The notes: generated from the letters alone by a model not told the origin. DNA of 64,000 bases from Lysobacterales bacterium (GCA_022844165.1 JALHMH010000004.1:128001-192000), one strand, 5' to 3'. Positions 10,262-21,289 are shown, numbered from the stretch's first letter. Made by a program: numbers and translations.

Positions 10262-11398
10262 TTAGTTGATTCGGTAGGCGCCGAGGGCGCCGTCGTTGTT
10301 TTGCGCATAGACGACACCATCGACCGAGATCAGGCCACTGCCAAATCCGGCGTCGCCCAATTGCGTGCGCGCGGCCAGTTCTCCGCTGCTGCGCTCTACG
10401 ACATGCAAATAACCTTCAAGGTCGCCAACAACGAGGAAGTCACCCACCAGAACTGGCGTCGACAGCATTCGGTGCGCCAACAGATCGATTTTCCAAAGGG
10501 ACCCGCCCGTGCGGCGATCCAGCGCCCAAACTTCGCCATTGGCGGCGATCGCGAACACCGCATCGTCGCCGGCAGCCACGCCAGCAACACTCGATAGCTC
10601 GCGAGTCCACAAGGTTCGGCCGCCGTCGCTGGTGAGTGCTTGCGCAGCCGATGCGTAACCGGCGACGAACACGTCGCCGCGTTGAATGGCAATTCTGCCG
10701 TCGACGTCGATCATGCGTTCCAGGTCGGTGCGCCCTTCCGCCACGCCGACGGCATGCTCCCAAAGGACCCGGCCATCATCGCGTGCAAGCGCCGTCACCT
10801 TGCCGCTGGCGCTGGCGATGATGACGCGATCGCCGCTGATCACAGGCGGCGCGTTGCCGCGCAAACTGAGCGTCGGTACACCACGATCGACAGCCCACAA
10901 CAGTTTGCCGTCTCGCGCATCGAGTCCATGTGCACGACCATCATTGGCGACGATGACAACCAGGTTATCGTCAATGGCTGGCGCCGTTACCACTTCTGAA
11001 GAGACGCGTGCCTTCCAGCGTTGTTCTCCCGATTCTGGATCGAAGGCGTAAACGTCCCCTTCAATGGATCCGACGACCACGATCGTCAGCGATGCGGCGG
11101 GTCCGCCGGTCAACCCCTCGATTTTCTGATTCCAGAGCCGGGCGCCGTTGGCGGCATCGAACGCAACGATCCCAGATTCGATGCCCGCTGCAAACAACCG
11201 CCCACCGGCAAAAGCGGGCGTCAACTGCGCGCCCGTCCGGGCGGCGCCATCGCCGAGGCTGCTGGCCCACAGTTTTTCGATGGAGGCCTTTGCCTCAAAA
11301 TCAGCCAGTGGCGTTGGCGGTTCGATGTTCTCTTTTTTTGCGCTGTCGCTGCATGCCGCCAGCGCCAGCGCGATGATCAGCGGTGCGCAGAATCGCAT
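10262..11398 (-). CDS. bamB: Outer membrane protein assembly lipoprotein BamB
   Basis: Lipobox LAAC, PQQ-type propeller repeats, GRTDLERMIDVD motif, position between yfgM and der. Confidence 0.95.
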   Translation of the reverse strand: MRFCAPLIIALALAACSDSAKKENIEPPTPLADFEAKASIEKLWASSLGDGAARTGAQLTPAFAGGRLFAAGIESGIVAFDAANGARLWNQKIEGLTGGPAASLTIVVVGSIEGDVYAFDPESGEQRWKARVSSEVVTAPAIDDNLVVIVANDGRAHGLDARDGKLLWAVDRGVPTLSLRGNAPPVISGDRVIIASASGKVTALARDDGRVLWEHAVGVAEGRTDLERMIDVDGRIAIQRGDVFVAGYASAAQALTSDGGRTLWTRELSSVAGVAAGDDAVFAIAANGEVWALDRRTGGSLWKIDLLAHRMLSTPVLVGDFLVVGDLEGYLHVVERSSGELAARTQLGDAGFGSGLISVDGVVYAQNNDGALGAYRIN

Positions 11399-12135
11399 CA
11401 GCCTTGCTCCGTTTTCGCTGAAGATGCTTCGACTGAGGCCTCGGGCACAGGTGCCGGTGCAGCTTCCGCCTCAGGTGTGAGCGCGGCGGCCGGAGCGCTT
11501 TCGATAGACGCGATCAAGTCGTCGCGCTTGATTTCCAAGGTGCGTCGCTGAGGCGCAGCGCTGTCGGTCGCCGCGAGCGCCTTGTCGAATTCCCCGCGAG
11601 CTTCGCTCAATTGTCCAAGCGCCACATAAGCGTCACCTTTGACCGTCGCGATCTCGGCCTCAAAGCCCTTGGCCGCCATGGTGCGTAATCGGTCGAGCGC
11701 TTTTTGCGCCTCACCTTTGCTGATGAGCAGGCGGGCCATTCGCAAGGCCGCTACAGTGCGCACACCATCGGGTTTGCCATCTTTGCTGACGAACTCAAGA
11801 AAACCAATCGCTTCATCGATCTTGCCCGCGGTCGCTGCGGTTTCCGCTTGTTCCAACGCTGCCAGGGAAGCGTGCGGCGCGTTCGAGAAGTTCTTGCGCA
11901 AATCCGCGGCCAGTTTGGTGGCGAGTTCAACGTCCTGCTTATCGACAGCCGCCTGAAACTCCTCGAATTTCAGCAACGCTTCAGCACGATGATTAACTTG
12001 CGATTGTTGCCAGCGCTGCCAGCCCAGCAATATCGCGAGGCCGAGCAAAATACCGACGACAATGGAGCCGCCGTTCTTCTGGAGCCATTGTCGTGCGCGT
12101 TCGCTTTGCTCTATGGAATCGAGTTCGTCGGCCAT
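11398..12135 (-). CDS. yfgM: YfgM family TPR membrane protein (ancillary SecYEG subunit)
   Basis: EQ.E..RQW..KNG followed by a TM helix, A.LR.ARL, KGDAY motifs; synteny with bamB. Confidence 0.9.
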   Translation of the reverse strand: MADELDSIEQSERARQWLQKNGGSIVVGILLGLAILLGWQRWQQSQVNHRAEALLKFEEFQAAVDKQDVELATKLAADLRKNFSNAPHASLAALEQAETAATAGKIDEAIGFLEFVSKDGKPDGVRTVAALRMARLLISKGEAQKALDRLRTMAAKGFEAEIATVKGDAYVALGQLSEARGEFDKALAATDSAAPQRRTLEIKRDDLIASIESAPAAALTPEAEAAPAPVPEASVEASSAKTEQG

Positions 12136-12232
12136 TGTGTGATCTCAGATGGTACAGTTGCGGAAAATTTTTTGGAGGCGACATGACGCCGCCCTCCAGC
12201 CCAGAGCATGCGCGATAAAGCCTCTGGATTTG

Positions 12233-13099
12233 TTAGCCGTCGCTGGACTCGCTGCTCGCGCCGCGCTGTTTGGCTTGCCAACCGTCGCCTGACGCCGTCA
12301 CGTCGAACCGTGCGACATTGCCTCGGGCGTAACCAGACAGATCCAGCGACTGCCCATTCACATCCACCGCCACGCCGCGCACGTTGCCGATGCGTACCGA
12401 TAACGGACCGCCATCAAACGTCCGCCGATCGCCGGCCTTTACGACGCTGTAGAGCAATCGATCGCCCGCCGCGTTGGTGACTTCCACCCAGCTATCCTGT
12501 TCGAATCGCATGTCCAGCACGTTCTGCACCGGTGTTGCAGGACGGACTGCTTCACGCGAGGCAAACGGACTCAATGATGCGATCAGCGGCGCCTCGGGCA
12601 CTGGCGCTGGCAGCGGTTCGGGTTTCACGCTGGTCGGAATCGGTACATTCGGCGTCGGTGCGGGAATCGCAATTCGAGGTGCATCCGGTACACCGAGCTG
12701 CGGTGTGTTGGTGACGAGCCAGTTCACTGCCGTCAGTGCCAGCGCCGTACCGACGGCATAGGTACCTGCCCACTTGTATCGTTCGAGCCAGGAAACGCGG
12801 CGTGCAACTGCGCCCGCTGCGGGCAACAGAACAGGCGTTTCGCTGATTCGCATTGCGTCGTCGACCATCGATTCTGGTGCGCCTACGAGGCGCGCGTAAC
12901 TCTTTAAAAAACCCTTGAGGTAAACAGGCGATTCGTTGCCAGCACCCTGTTCCAGGTTCTGCACTTGCCCTGAGGGCAAATGGAGCCGCTGGGCAACCTC
13001 GTCAATCGACCATTCGTTTGCCACTCTCAATGCGGCAAGTCGTTGGCCCAGTTCAGCCAAACTGGCGGGCGTGTTGTCGTCCATGATTCGCTCGCTCAT
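12233..13099 (-). CDS. rodZ: Cytoskeleton protein RodZ (HTH + TM + DUF4115)
   Basis: G..L...R..S..EVA..L.L HTH, YLKGFLKSYARLVG, DSWVEV and IGNV.GV motifs. Confidence 0.85.
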   Translation of the reverse strand: MSERIMDDNTPASLAELGQRLAALRVANEWSIDEVAQRLHLPSGQVQNLEQGAGNESPVYLKGFLKSYARLVGAPESMVDDAMRISETPVLLPAAGAVARRVSWLERYKWAGTYAVGTALALTAVNWLVTNTPQLGVPDAPRIAIPAPTPNVPIPTSVKPEPLPAPVPEAPLIASLSPFASREAVRPATPVQNVLDMRFEQDSWVEVTNAAGDRLLYSVVKAGDRRTFDGGPLSVRIGNVRGVAVDVNGQSLDLSGYARGNVARFDVTASGDGWQAKQRGASSESSDG

Positions 13100-13851
13100 T
13101 GTTGCTGCGCTTCCAGAGATTTTGCCTCTTCCGAGCGCGGATAGGCGCTGGCAAGACGGCGACGATAGTCCTCAGCGCTGGCCAGATCGCCCAGCGCAGT
13201 CTCAATTTGTACCCCCAGGAGCAGCGCTTCGGCCGTAGCGACGCCGCTGGCATCGTAGCGCTGCATAAAGGCCCGCGCGTTCAAATGATCGCCACGAGCG
13301 TGCAATACCGCTGCCATCGGATACAGTGCAGACACATAGTTCGGTCTACGATCCAGTGCCTGACGCAGATAGTTCTCGGATTCTGCGAATTTCCCCGCCG
13401 ATTTTGCGCACATGCCGGCGTTGGTCATGGCGACCTCAGGCGTGCGGTAGTAAGGGTCGGCCATCGCACGGCGGAATGCTTCGTCCGCCGTTTCGAACTT
13501 GCCCTGACGACAAAGAAAACTGCCGTAATTGTTGTTCATATCGCCGTTCTTGGGTGCGATCTCAACGGCGCGTCGAAAGTGGAGCTCGGCCTGCACCGTG
13601 TCGCCAATCGTATCTTGCAGGAATCCGGCGACGGTATGCGCTTCGGGCGAAAACGGATCTAAGTCGAGCGCTTTTTTGAGCTTGTCGCGGGCGACATCCA
13701 GCTGGCCTTTCTTCAAATACTCCTGCGCCAATTGCACGTTGAGAACGGCGGCTTTCTTTGACTTCTCGGAACTTGCGCCAACAAATCCACCACCCATTCC
13801 TGCACATCCGGCGAGTGCTGTGGCGAGTATCAGAAACAGCATTCGTTTCAT
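13096..13851 (-). CDS. pilW: Type IV pilus biogenesis/stability lipoprotein PilW/PilF
   Basis: Lipobox LAGC, TPRs, [20 protein letters not shown] motifs; follows rlmN. Confidence 0.92.
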   Translation of the reverse strand: MKRMLFLILATALAGCAGMGGGFVGASSEKSKKAAVLNVQLAQEYLKKGQLDVARDKLKKALDLDPFSPEAHTVAGFLQDTIGDTVQAELHFRRAVEIAPKNGDMNNNYGSFLCRQGKFETADEAFRRAMADPYYRTPEVAMTNAGMCAKSAGKFAESENYLRQALDRRPNYVSALYPMAAVLHARGDHLNARAFMQRYDASGVATAEALLLGVQIETALGDLASAEDYRRRLASAYPRSEEAKSLEAQQQ

Positions 13852-14948
13852 GCGTGCATCTCCGCGTCTCTTCGCGCCATGGCGCTGCGTCGGGTGCGGT
13901 CAAGAACGTTGCCGACCAACTGGCCGCATGCGGCATCAATATCGTCGCCGCGCGTTCGACGCACGGTTGCGATCAAACCAGCCTCCATCACAATCGCCTG
14001 AAACTGTCGGATTGTGGCCTCATCCGAGCGTTCATAGCGTGTGCCAGGGAAAGGGTTGAAGGGGATCAAATTCAGCTTGCTTGGCATTTTCCGCAACAGT
14101 TTGACCAGGGCGCGCGCATGCTCCGGCTTGTCGTTGATGCCTTTCATCAAGGTGTACTCAAAAGTGATCGATGCGCGGGGGCGGGTCACCAAATAGCGTT
14201 GGCAGGCGGCCAGCAACTCAGCAATCGGATACTTCTTGTTGAGCGGTACAAGTGTGTTACGCAGTTCATCGTTGGGAGCGTGCAGGCTGACGGCCAGACT
14301 GACGTCGCACGCTTCACTGAGTCTATCAATACCCGGTACGAGGCCAGCTGTACTCAGCGTTACTCGCTTGTTCGCCAGCCCGAATGCGTAGTCGTCGCGC
14401 ATCAGATTCATGGCCGGCACGACCGCATCGAAGTTTAACAGCGGCTCGCCCATCCCCATCATCACCACGTTGGTCAGACGACGGTTCGTTTTCGCGTCAT
14501 GCCCAAGCGCTTGCGCCGCCAGCCACACCTGTCCGATGACTTCGCTGGTCGACAGATTGCGATTAAATCCCTGCGTTGCGGTTGAACAAAACGTGCAGTT
14601 AAGAGCACAACCCACTTGCGAAGACACGCACAGCGTGCCGCGCGTCGGTTCCGGTATGTAAACGGTTTCGACCGCATTCCCGCCAGAAATATCAACCAGC
14701 CACTTCGCGGTGCCGTCAGTGGACACCTGCTGAAACTTGACGGTCGGCGGGCGAATTTCGCTGTGCGTCTCCAACTTGTCACGCAGTTTTTTGCCGACGT
14801 CAGTCATCGCGCCGACGTCAGTGATGCCGTGATGGTAAATCCATTTCATCAACTGATGCGCGCGAAAGCGCTTTTCGCCGATGGACTCGAAAAAGGTTTC
14901 GAGCCCAGTGCGGTCGAGATTCATCAGATTGATGCGTTCACTCGACAT
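13848..14948 (-). CDS. rlmN: 23S rRNA/tRNA adenine C2-methyltransferase RlmN
   Basis: [17 protein letters not shown] radical SAM motif, [15 protein letters not shown]. Confidence 0.97.
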   Translation of the reverse strand: MSSERINLMNLDRTGLETFFESIGEKRFRAHQLMKWIYHHGITDVGAMTDVGKKLRDKLETHSEIRPPTVKFQQVSTDGTAKWLVDISGGNAVETVYIPEPTRGTLCVSSQVGCALNCTFCSTATQGFNRNLSTSEVIGQVWLAAQALGHDAKTNRRLTNVVMMGMGEPLLNFDAVVPAMNLMRDDYAFGLANKRVTLSTAGLVPGIDRLSEACDVSLAVSLHAPNDELRNTLVPLNKKYPIAELLAACQRYLVTRPRASITFEYTLMKGINDKPEHARALVKLLRKMPSKLNLIPFNPFPGTRYERSDEATIRQFQAIVMEAGLIATVRRTRGDDIDAACGQLVGNVLDRTRRSAMARRDAEMHA

Positions 14949-14954
14949 GTCAGA

Positions 14955-15374
14955 TCAGCACAACTCGATCGAGGCAAAGAAGTAAGCAATTTCGGCGGCC
15001 GCGGTCTCGGCAGCGTCCGACCCATGCACCGCATTGGCATCGATCGACTGCGCAAAGTCGGCGCGAATGGTTCCCGGCGCGGCTTTTTTAGGGTCAGTTG
15101 CGCCCATCAGCTCACGATTCATGGAGATGGCGTTGTCGCCCTCCAGAACCTGGATCATGACTGGACCGGAAATCATGAACTTCACCAGATCGGCAAAGAA
15201 GGGCCGGTCTTTGTGGACGGCGTAGAAGCCCTCAGCCTCGCGCTGGGAGAGTTGTTTGAGTTTTGCACCCACGATCTTCAGCCCGGCCTTTTCGAAGCGG
15301 GCATAAATTTCGCCGATGACATTCTTGGCAACGGCATCTGGTTTGATGATCGACAGCGTACGTTCGAGCGCCAC
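14955..15374 (-). CDS. ndk: Nucleoside diphosphate kinase
   Basis: GTG start giving (M)[14 protein letters not shown]; [15 protein letters not shown] active site. Confidence 0.97.
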   Translation of the reverse strand: MALERTLSIIKPDAVAKNVIGEIYARFEKAGLKIVGAKLKQLSQREAEGFYAVHKDRPFFADLVKFMISGPVMIQVLEGDNAISMNRELMGATDPKKAAPGTIRADFAQSIDANAVHGSDAAETAAAEIAYFFASIELC

Positions 15375-15553
15375 GTTGGAACTCCTGGAGTTGTGGGAAA
15401 GTCTGAAGACTTGCCGCCGTGGTCTTTTTAGCTGAGAAACACCCAGGACTTTACCACGGAAACCCACAAAAATCGCGGGCTTGGCCGGCAGAATTGCGGC
15501 GGAGTCTAACGATGGCGCTCCTGAGAGTGCAACGCGCCCGATGCAAGCTTGGT

Positions 15554-16390
15554 TCAGCTTCGTCGCGGCCGCGCTTTCGTGACTGTATCAATAGCGATTT
15601 GCAACAATCTGCACAGATCGTCGCTGGCTTGCCTGGCGAGAGGCGGCTGAAAAATCGACGGTTCGCTTTCATCGAGATAGCGCGATTGCGCCATTTCCAT
15701 TTGCACAGCGTTCACGCCCTGGCTCGGGTTTCCGTAGTGCCGGGTAATGTGCCCGCCTTTGAACCGCCCGTTGGCAACAAAACGGCGTTGGCGCAGCTCC
15801 AGTTCAACGATCAGCGGCCTTAGCACCTCATCGCGGCAACTCGCCCCGTCCGCGGTACCGAGGTTGTAGTCTGGCAAAACGCCTTCAAAGAACATCGGGC
15901 ATTCGCTGCGTATCGAATGGCCTTCCCAAAGAACGATTTCCGAATGTTGGGCGCGCAATCGCTCCATTTCGGCCTGCAGCCTGTTGTGATAGGGGCGCCA
16001 GTAGTGCTCGATGCGCTGCGCCACCGAAGAAGGCGAGGGCTCGTGGCCGCGCACGTAGATCGGTTGACCATCGAACATCGACAGCGGGCACAAGCCAGTT
16101 TCGTTTCTGCCGGGATACAAGGGCGCGCCGTCGGGTGGCCGGTTCAGGTCGATGACGTACCGCGAATAACGAGGACGCAGTAAGGTCGCGCCAAGTTCGA
16201 TGGCGAAGGCATACAGGCGGCTGACGTGCCAATCCGTATCGGGCGAATGCCGTGCGGCATCGACCATGGTCGCTCGAATATCGTCGGGCAGAGCATATCC
16301 ATCGTGCGGCAGGCTCACGATCAGCGGCGCATCGCCGCGGTGCACGCGCACCACCTCGTGAGATTGCCATGGTTCAAAAAAGGCACTCAT
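15554..16390 (-). CDS. hutG: N-formylglutamate deformylase/amidohydrolase
   Basis: [50 protein letters not shown] motifs. Confidence 0.9.
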   Translation of the reverse strand: MSAFFEPWQSHEVVRVHRGDAPLIVSLPHDGYALPDDIRATMVDAARHSPDTDWHVSRLYAFAIELGATLLRPRYSRYVIDLNRPPDGAPLYPGRNETGLCPLSMFDGQPIYVRGHEPSPSSVAQRIEHYWRPYHNRLQAEMERLRAQHSEIVLWEGHSIRSECPMFFEGVLPDYNLGTADGASCRDEVLRPLIVELELRQRRFVANGRFKGGHITRHYGNPSQGVNAVQMEMAQSRYLDESEPSIFQPPLARQASDDLCRLLQIAIDTVTKARPRRS

Positions 16391-17634
16391 GCAAAACGCG
16401 CCGGATCGTAGGGCGCAGGGTCGATACTGGGCGTGCGGTGGGAGATCAGGTCGTCAATTAATTGTCCGGTCGATGCCGACATACTCATGCCCAGCATGCC
16501 ATGGCCAGTGGCAAGCCACAGCCCTTCGTGCCCCGGCGCCGGACCGATGATGGGTACATCGTCCATCGACATTGGGCGCCATCCATACCACTCTTCGATG
16601 CGTGTTTGTCCGATGGGATCGACCAGATACTCGCGCGCGCCGGTCACCAGAGCATCCAGGCGGCGCCGGTTGAGTGTGCTGTCGTAGCCGGCGAATTCCA
16701 TGGTGCTGCCGATGCGATACGTCGATTCCCAAGGTGTAATCGCGATGCTGCGTTCGCGACAAACCACGGGAACCTTAGGTGCGAGGTCCGGGCGCTCCGT
16801 GGTAATCGAATAGCCTTTGCCTGGCTGAATCGGCACGCGCAACCCAAGTTGTCTGCCGAGTTTGGGTGACCATGCGCCGAGGGCCAGCACTGCCGCGCGG
16901 CCGAGCCGTTCCCCATTGGTGCCGATCGCCCGCCAGCGGTGGCCTGCAAATACAAGGTTCTCCACCGAGAAATGCGGCTCGATTCGTGCGCCCTTGGCCA
17001 ACACACAACGCAGCAACTCCGCAACAAACAGGTCCGGGCGAAATTGAGCATCGTCCGGCGTATCGAAGCCACCGATGACATCGTCACGTAAGGCCGGCTC
17101 ACGCGCGCGCATCTGCGTGCGATCCAGTTCGACGACGCCGATTCCGACCTGCGCGAGTGCTCTTGGCCACCAGGCGAACGCATCCATCGCCTCAGCTGAC
17201 TTAAAGACGGTCAGATGCCCAGCGGTCGAGAACTCGCATTGGAGCTGCTCCTCCCGGCACATTCGTTCGATGGCATAGCGCGAAGGATTCAATAACGCTG
17301 CCTTCGCCCGAAGTCCGTGTTCGAACGCTGGCCAGGTGCAGCGGCGTGCAAAGCCCAACAGCCACGCAAACAAGGCGGGATCAAGGCGTGGTTTCACGTA
17401 AAACGGGGCGCTCGGGTCGAGCATCCAACGCAGCGCCTGACCCACCATGCCCGGCTTTGCGAGCGGCGGCGCATGGCTGGGCGTGATTGTGCCGCAGTTG
17501 CCGTATGAACTCCCCGAACCCGGCGTGCTTTGGTCCAAGAGCGTCACACTGTGACCTGATTTCAACAAATAGTACGCGCAGCAAAGCCCAATTGCGCCGG
17601 CACCCAGGATCAACACGTCAGATTCGCGATTCAT
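16387..17634 (-). CDS. FAD-dependent D-amino acid dehydrogenase/oxidase family protein (DadA-like)
   Basis: GAGAIG FAD motif, S.GN.G, PGKGYS, W.G.RP, ATGHGMLG. Confidence 0.85.
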   Translation of the reverse strand: MNRESDVLILGAGAIGLCCAYYLLKSGHSVTLLDQSTPGSGSSYGNCGTITPSHAPPLAKPGMVGQALRWMLDPSAPFYVKPRLDPALFAWLLGFARRCTWPAFEHGLRAKAALLNPSRYAIERMCREEQLQCEFSTAGHLTVFKSAEAMDAFAWWPRALAQVGIGVVELDRTQMRAREPALRDDVIGGFDTPDDAQFRPDLFVAELLRCVLAKGARIEPHFSVENLVFAGHRWRAIGTNGERLGRAAVLALGAWSPKLGRQLGLRVPIQPGKGYSITTERPDLAPKVPVVCRERSIAITPWESTYRIGSTMEFAGYDSTLNRRRLDALVTGAREYLVDPIGQTRIEEWYGWRPMSMDDVPIIGPAPGHEGLWLATGHGMLGMSMSASTGQLIDDLISHRTPSIDPAPYDPARFA

Positions 17635-17691
17635 TGCCAGAGTCTACTGCGATGCGAGTGGGGTGCGCCGGAAGTTTCACGCATCTCTCGC

Positions 17692-17974
17692 CTGGAGTCG
17701 TTGACGGAGCGGGATCTTGTCATTTGAGTCAAATTTCGTCGGAGCGGCTTTGGCAGTTGAAGCCCCCTTGAGTACAAGGGGGCGATTGAGCGCGCAGCGC
17801 TCAATGGGGGTTCTGGCAAGTATGGTGTCTGGCGAAGCCAACAATGCTCGGCGGTCTGAGGCGAAGCCTCGTCTGGTCTTCGGCCACGATCCTGCGTCGC
17901 TTGTCCTCGCCATCGCGCTGCTATGCCACCGGTCGTTCAAGCCGAACCGCGGCGGGCCGCGAAAGCCGCCGGCT
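17692..17974. repeat. Dispersed multi-hairpin intergenic element, copy 1
   Basis: Core 17692-17871 aligns with 52196-52350 and 56151-56322; an identical 39-mer (CGAAGCCAACAATGCTCGGCGGTCTGAGGCGAAGCCTCG) is in all three. 17895-17974 also aligns with 56375-56469. Confidence 0.9.
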
Positions 17975-18066
17975 TCGGGCGAGATCTTGCGCGAAATCTC
18001 ACCAAATGTGATCAGGTTGGCACTCTTTCTGCATGGCCGATCCGAACCAGACGATTGGGACCATCC

Positions 18067-18345
18067 ATGGACAACGCTGTTGAACTGCAGTTCGCGCTTC
18101 GCTCGCCCGATGCGGGTCCGCTTGCCGCGGTGATTTGTGCCTTGGCAGACTGGCTGGAGGATCCGCACTGCAACAGTCAGCATCGTGCACTTGTCGCGCG
18201 CCTGTTGAACCAGGGCGAAGTGCCATCGGTGCTGGCCTGCAAGGCCCAGGACCGGTTGGTGGCCTACGCTGAACAAGTGGAAGCGCTGCACACCGCTGTG
18301 TTCGAAGCTCCGGTTGAACGGCCCATCCTACGCGCTGTCGTCTGA
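18067..18345 (+). CDS. Hypothetical protein (~92 aa)
   Basis: 3' part of ORF 17923-18345 from MDNAVEL; fills the gap and converges on the DUF2063 gene; no family recognised. Confidence 0.5.
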   Translation: MDNAVELQFALRSPDAGPLAAVICALADWLEDPHCNSQHRALVARLLNQGEVPSVLACKAQDRLVAYAEQVEALHTAVFEAPVERPILRAVV

Positions 18346-18350
18346 TCTCG

Positions 18351-19088
18351 TCAGGGTTCTACGCCGAGCACGATATCGCGCTCCAGCCAACCATCCAGCG
18401 TGGCAATGAAGGTCGCCGTCTCCAGTTGTAGTCCCGGAACTTTTTGATTCAGCGCGGCAATCGCCTCGGACCCCGTGACCCTGTGTTCGCTGATTGTCGC
18501 CCAGAGCAAGGCTGCCAGCGGCGTCAACACCTGAAACTGCACTTTGTCCTGTCGATTGCGGTAGACCATCAGCCAGGTGGGTTCGGCGGGAGGCTCGGTC
18601 GGCTGCCAATCGGGTCGAATGCGGTGCACGGGATACTGGTACCCAGCCAGACGCGCCAACGGCGATATCGAAATTCGCTGCGACATCCAATCGCCAGGCC
18701 GCGACGGAGCCATGCTCTGCGTATCGATGTCGAGCGCAAGTTCCAGCCATTCGTAGTGCGCCAGTTCCAACAAGAACGGAAACTGCGACTGCCAAAGTGC
18801 AGGCTGTGCCGCTAAGAACGCCATAAACTCTTGCGCAATCTGGTGAAAATACGGCGTGTGTGCCGGATGTTCACGGTAGTAAGCGCGAATCAGGAGCGCC
18901 CATTGTTCGCTGCTCATCAAACGCTTCATCACCGGGAAGTTGTTCGCGATCAGGCCTTCGACATTGTTGAACAACAAGTCGCGATAAATCTGCACGCGCC
19001 GATCTTCAAGCCCAGGCAAAGAGGGTGCGTTTGCGGGATCTCGCAAATGCTGCGCCAGCGCACGCTGGGTGATCTCAAAGGCCTGCAT
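18351..19088 (-). CDS. hvfC: DUF2063/HvfC-type RiPP maturation partner protein
   Basis: Q..LA.HLRDP, R..IYR.L.FNN, FPV, TPYF..I..EF, ELAHYEW.EL, YQYPVHRI; overlaps the DUF692 stop. Confidence 0.85.
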   Translation of the reverse strand: MQAFEITQRALAQHLRDPANAPSLPGLEDRRVQIYRDLLFNNVEGLIANNFPVMKRLMSSEQWALLIRAYYREHPAHTPYFHQIAQEFMAFLAAQPALWQSQFPFLLELAHYEWLELALDIDTQSMAPSRPGDWMSQRISISPLARLAGYQYPVHRIRPDWQPTEPPAEPTWLMVYRNRQDKVQFQVLTPLAALLWATISEHRVTGSEAIAALNQKVPGLQLETATFIATLDGWLERDIVLGVEP

Positions 19089-19896
19089 GGCGACGCACCC
19101 GGTCCAGTTCGGCAAGCAGCTCTGGGAGCGGCGGCAGGTTAAAGTCGCGCTCCAACAGCACCGGCTTTTCGCCGAGCCTCTCGCGGGTGTACGACAGCAG
19201 ATCGAAAACGGGATCGACCACCGCCGCGCCGTGCGTGTCGACAATCAAATCCGGTGCCTCGACATAATGCCCGGCGATGTGCAGATAACGCACGCGCTCG
19301 CCGGGTATGGCGTCGACGAATTGGCGCGCGTCGTAGCGATGATTGATGCTGTTGACGTAGATGTTATTGACATCAAGCAGGATGTCGCAATCGGCCTCGC
19401 GCACGACGGCCAACAAAAACTCGAGTTCGCTCATTTCAGCGGCGAGCGGTGTGTAAAACGACGCGTTCTCCACTGCGATGCGAGCACCTATGACGTCTTG
19501 CGTTTGGCGAATTCGCGCAGCGACATGGTGTACCGCGTCGGTCGTGAACGGGATCGGGAGCAGATCGTACAGATGCGCATCGTCGGCGCACCAGCTCAAG
19601 TGCTCGCTATACGTGGCAATCTGGTGATCGCGTAGAAAGTGTTTGACCTCTTGCAAGAAGCCGGTATCGAGTGCGCCCGGGCCGCCGAGCGACAACGACA
19701 ATCCGTGCGCCAGAATGGGCTTTTGTTCGGCGAAACGGGCAAAGGATTTGCCCAGCCGCCCACCGAGGCCGATCCAGTTTTCCGGGGCGACTTCGAAAAA
19801 ATCGACTCGGTCCAGTGCCGACGGATCGTCGTGCAGCGCCTTGAACAAGCCGCGGCGCAGGCCAATGCCCGCGCCGCGTGGAGTTTCAACGGTCAT
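19075..19896 (-). CDS. hvfB: DUF692 multinuclear non-heme iron oxidase (MNIO; HvfB/BufB type)
   Basis: GIGLRR, EVAPENW, HGLSLSLG, SEHLS, YDLLP.P, EN.S.Y, LLDVNNIYVN..NH, HIAGH, DTHG, LLERD. Confidence 0.93.
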   Translation of the reverse strand: MTVETPRGAGIGLRRGLFKALHDDPSALDRVDFFEVAPENWIGLGGRLGKSFARFAEQKPILAHGLSLSLGGPGALDTGFLQEVKHFLRDHQIATYSEHLSWCADDAHLYDLLPIPFTTDAVHHVAARIRQTQDVIGARIAVENASFYTPLAAEMSELEFLLAVVREADCDILLDVNNIYVNSINHRYDARQFVDAIPGERVRYLHIAGHYVEAPDLIVDTHGAAVVDPVFDLLSYTRERLGEKPVLLERDFNLPPLPELLAELDRVRRHAGL

Positions 19897-19908
19897 CGAT
19901 CAAAGTGA

Positions 19909-20271
19909 TCAAGCAGCGCCGCCGCACTTGCCTTCACCGCACTTGCCCTCTTTGCCCTTGTCCTTGTCGCCACCACACTTGCCTTCGCCGCACTTGCCTT
20001 CTTCACCCTTGTCGCCACCGCACTTGCCTTCTTCACCCTTGTCGCCGCCGCACTTGCCTTCGCCGCACTTGCCCTCTTCACCCTTGTCGCCGCCGCACTT
20101 GCCTTCGCCGCACTTGCCTTCCTTGCCTTTCTCATCGCCAACCAGCATGTAGCCCTGGTCGAGGTCCATGGCGGCCATCGAGCCGGGCGCGGCGGAAACG
20201 CTGCAAGCCAGGCTGCCCAACAGTGCTGCGCCGACAACGATCGAAACCGGCTTTACGATTGAATTGCTCAT
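19909..20271 (-). CDS. hvfA: RiPP precursor with signal peptide and nine EGKCG repeats (HvfA / EGKCG-bufferin type)
   Basis: Sec-type N-terminus, then EGKCG x9 with GDKGE-type spacers; directly upstream of DUF692. Confidence 0.9.
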   Translation of the reverse strand: MSNSIVKPVSIVVGAALLGSLACSVSAAPGSMAAMDLDQGYMLVGDEKGKEGKCGEGKCGGDKGEEGKCGEGKCGGDKGEEGKCGGDKGEEGKCGEGKCGGDKDKGKEGKCGEGKCGGAA

Positions 20272-20470
20272 TTGGGACTCCTAAGTTCAGTTGAATGCCG
20301 TCACGGCAAACGGCGCGTTATGTTGATACCAAAACCACGACACTGACAAGCGCTATTGCACATCTCGGCCGCTGTCGACCATACGAGACCGGGAGTGACG
20401 ACGGATGCTTTCAAGACTGCATCACATTTGCGGTGAGTGACTGTCTTCAAAAAAAGCGCGTCAATCGCTG

Positions 20471-21289
20471 TCAATACAACTGTCGATTCAATCCTAAAGA
20501 CTGCATCACCTTGCTGGCAATTTCCTCGATGGACATGTGCGTTGAGTGCATCACCGGGATACCCTCGCGTTTGAATAAGCGCTCGGCTTCTTCGACTTCC
20601 CAGCGGCATTGTTCCATCGATGCATAGCGCGAGCCGGCTCGTCGCTGTTCGCGAATTTGATGCAGGCGCCGCGGATCGATCGTCAGCCCATAAATCTTGG
20701 CACGTTGGTTACGCAGTTTAGCCGGCAGCTCGCCGGCTTCGAGATCTTCCGGTAGCAAGGGATAGTTCGCCGCACGCACACCATAGTGCAGCGCCATGTA
20801 CAGGCACGTTGGCGTTTTTCCCGAGCGCGACACGCCCATCAGCACAATTTCGGCATCCGAAAAATTCGCCTGCACGCCATCGTCGTGCGTCAGCGCGTAG
20901 TTCGTGGCATTCATACGCGCCTCGTATTCCGCCGTATCGGCGCCGCCATGCGCCTTACCCACCTTCGGCGTGCGCGGCATCCCGAGTTCCTGCTCCAGCG
21001 GCGGAATGAACGGCGCGAACACATCCAGCATCAATGCGCCGCTTTCGGCAATGCGTTGCGAGAGCAAACCATCGACCACCGTATTGATCACCACCGGTCG
21101 CACGCCGGCCTCTTCCCCGGCCCGCCGGATCTCCGCGGCAGCCTCGACCGCTTTCGCCGCGTTATCGACAAAAGCCAGCCGGCGCGTCACAAACGGCACA
21201 CCATCGAACTGCGTGAGCACACTATGGCCGATGGTTTCAGCCGTGATGCCGGTGCCGTCGGACACATAAAAAATCGGGCGGGGAAGCAT
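20471..21289 (-). CDS. ppsR: PEP synthase regulatory protein (kinase/pyrophosphorylase, DUF299)
   Basis: [45 protein letters not shown]. Confidence 0.93.
   Translation of the reverse strand: MLPRPIFYVSDGTGITAETIGHSVLTQFDGVPFVTRRLAFVDNAAKAVEAAAEIRRAGEEAGVRPVVINTVVDGLLSQRIAESGALMLDVFAPFIPPLEQELGMPRTPKVGKAHGGADTAEYEARMNATNYALTHDDGVQANFSDAEIVLMGVSRSGKTPTCLYMALHYGVRAANYPLLPEDLEAGELPAKLRNQRAKIYGLTIDPRRLHQIREQRRAGSRYASMEQCRWEVEEAERLFKREGIPVMHSTHMSIEEIASKVMQSLGLNRQLY

Noticed and set aside
12136-12232. Absence of ispG/hisS between rodZ and yfgM
   Set aside because: To my knowledge this is the usual Xanthomonadales arrangement, not a deletion scar.
17692-17871. The three-copy element as integron attC sites or a classical MITE
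   Set aside because: No RYYYAAC/GTTRRRY ends, no cassette array or intI, and no terminal inverted repeats.
18004-18025. CRP/Clp-like site AAATGTGATCAGGTTGGCA
   Set aside because: The second half-site is a poor match; not supportable without a matrix scan.
19920-20125. Regular short tandem repeats (GCCGCACTTGCCTTC...) resembling a CRISPR array
   Set aside because: No unique spacers and no cas genes; they encode the EGKCG peptide repeats.
20413-20510. 13-bp direct repeat AAGACTGCATCAC near the ppsR 3' end and the RiPP promoter
   Set aside because: Only two copies, one inside coding sequence; chance cannot be excluded.
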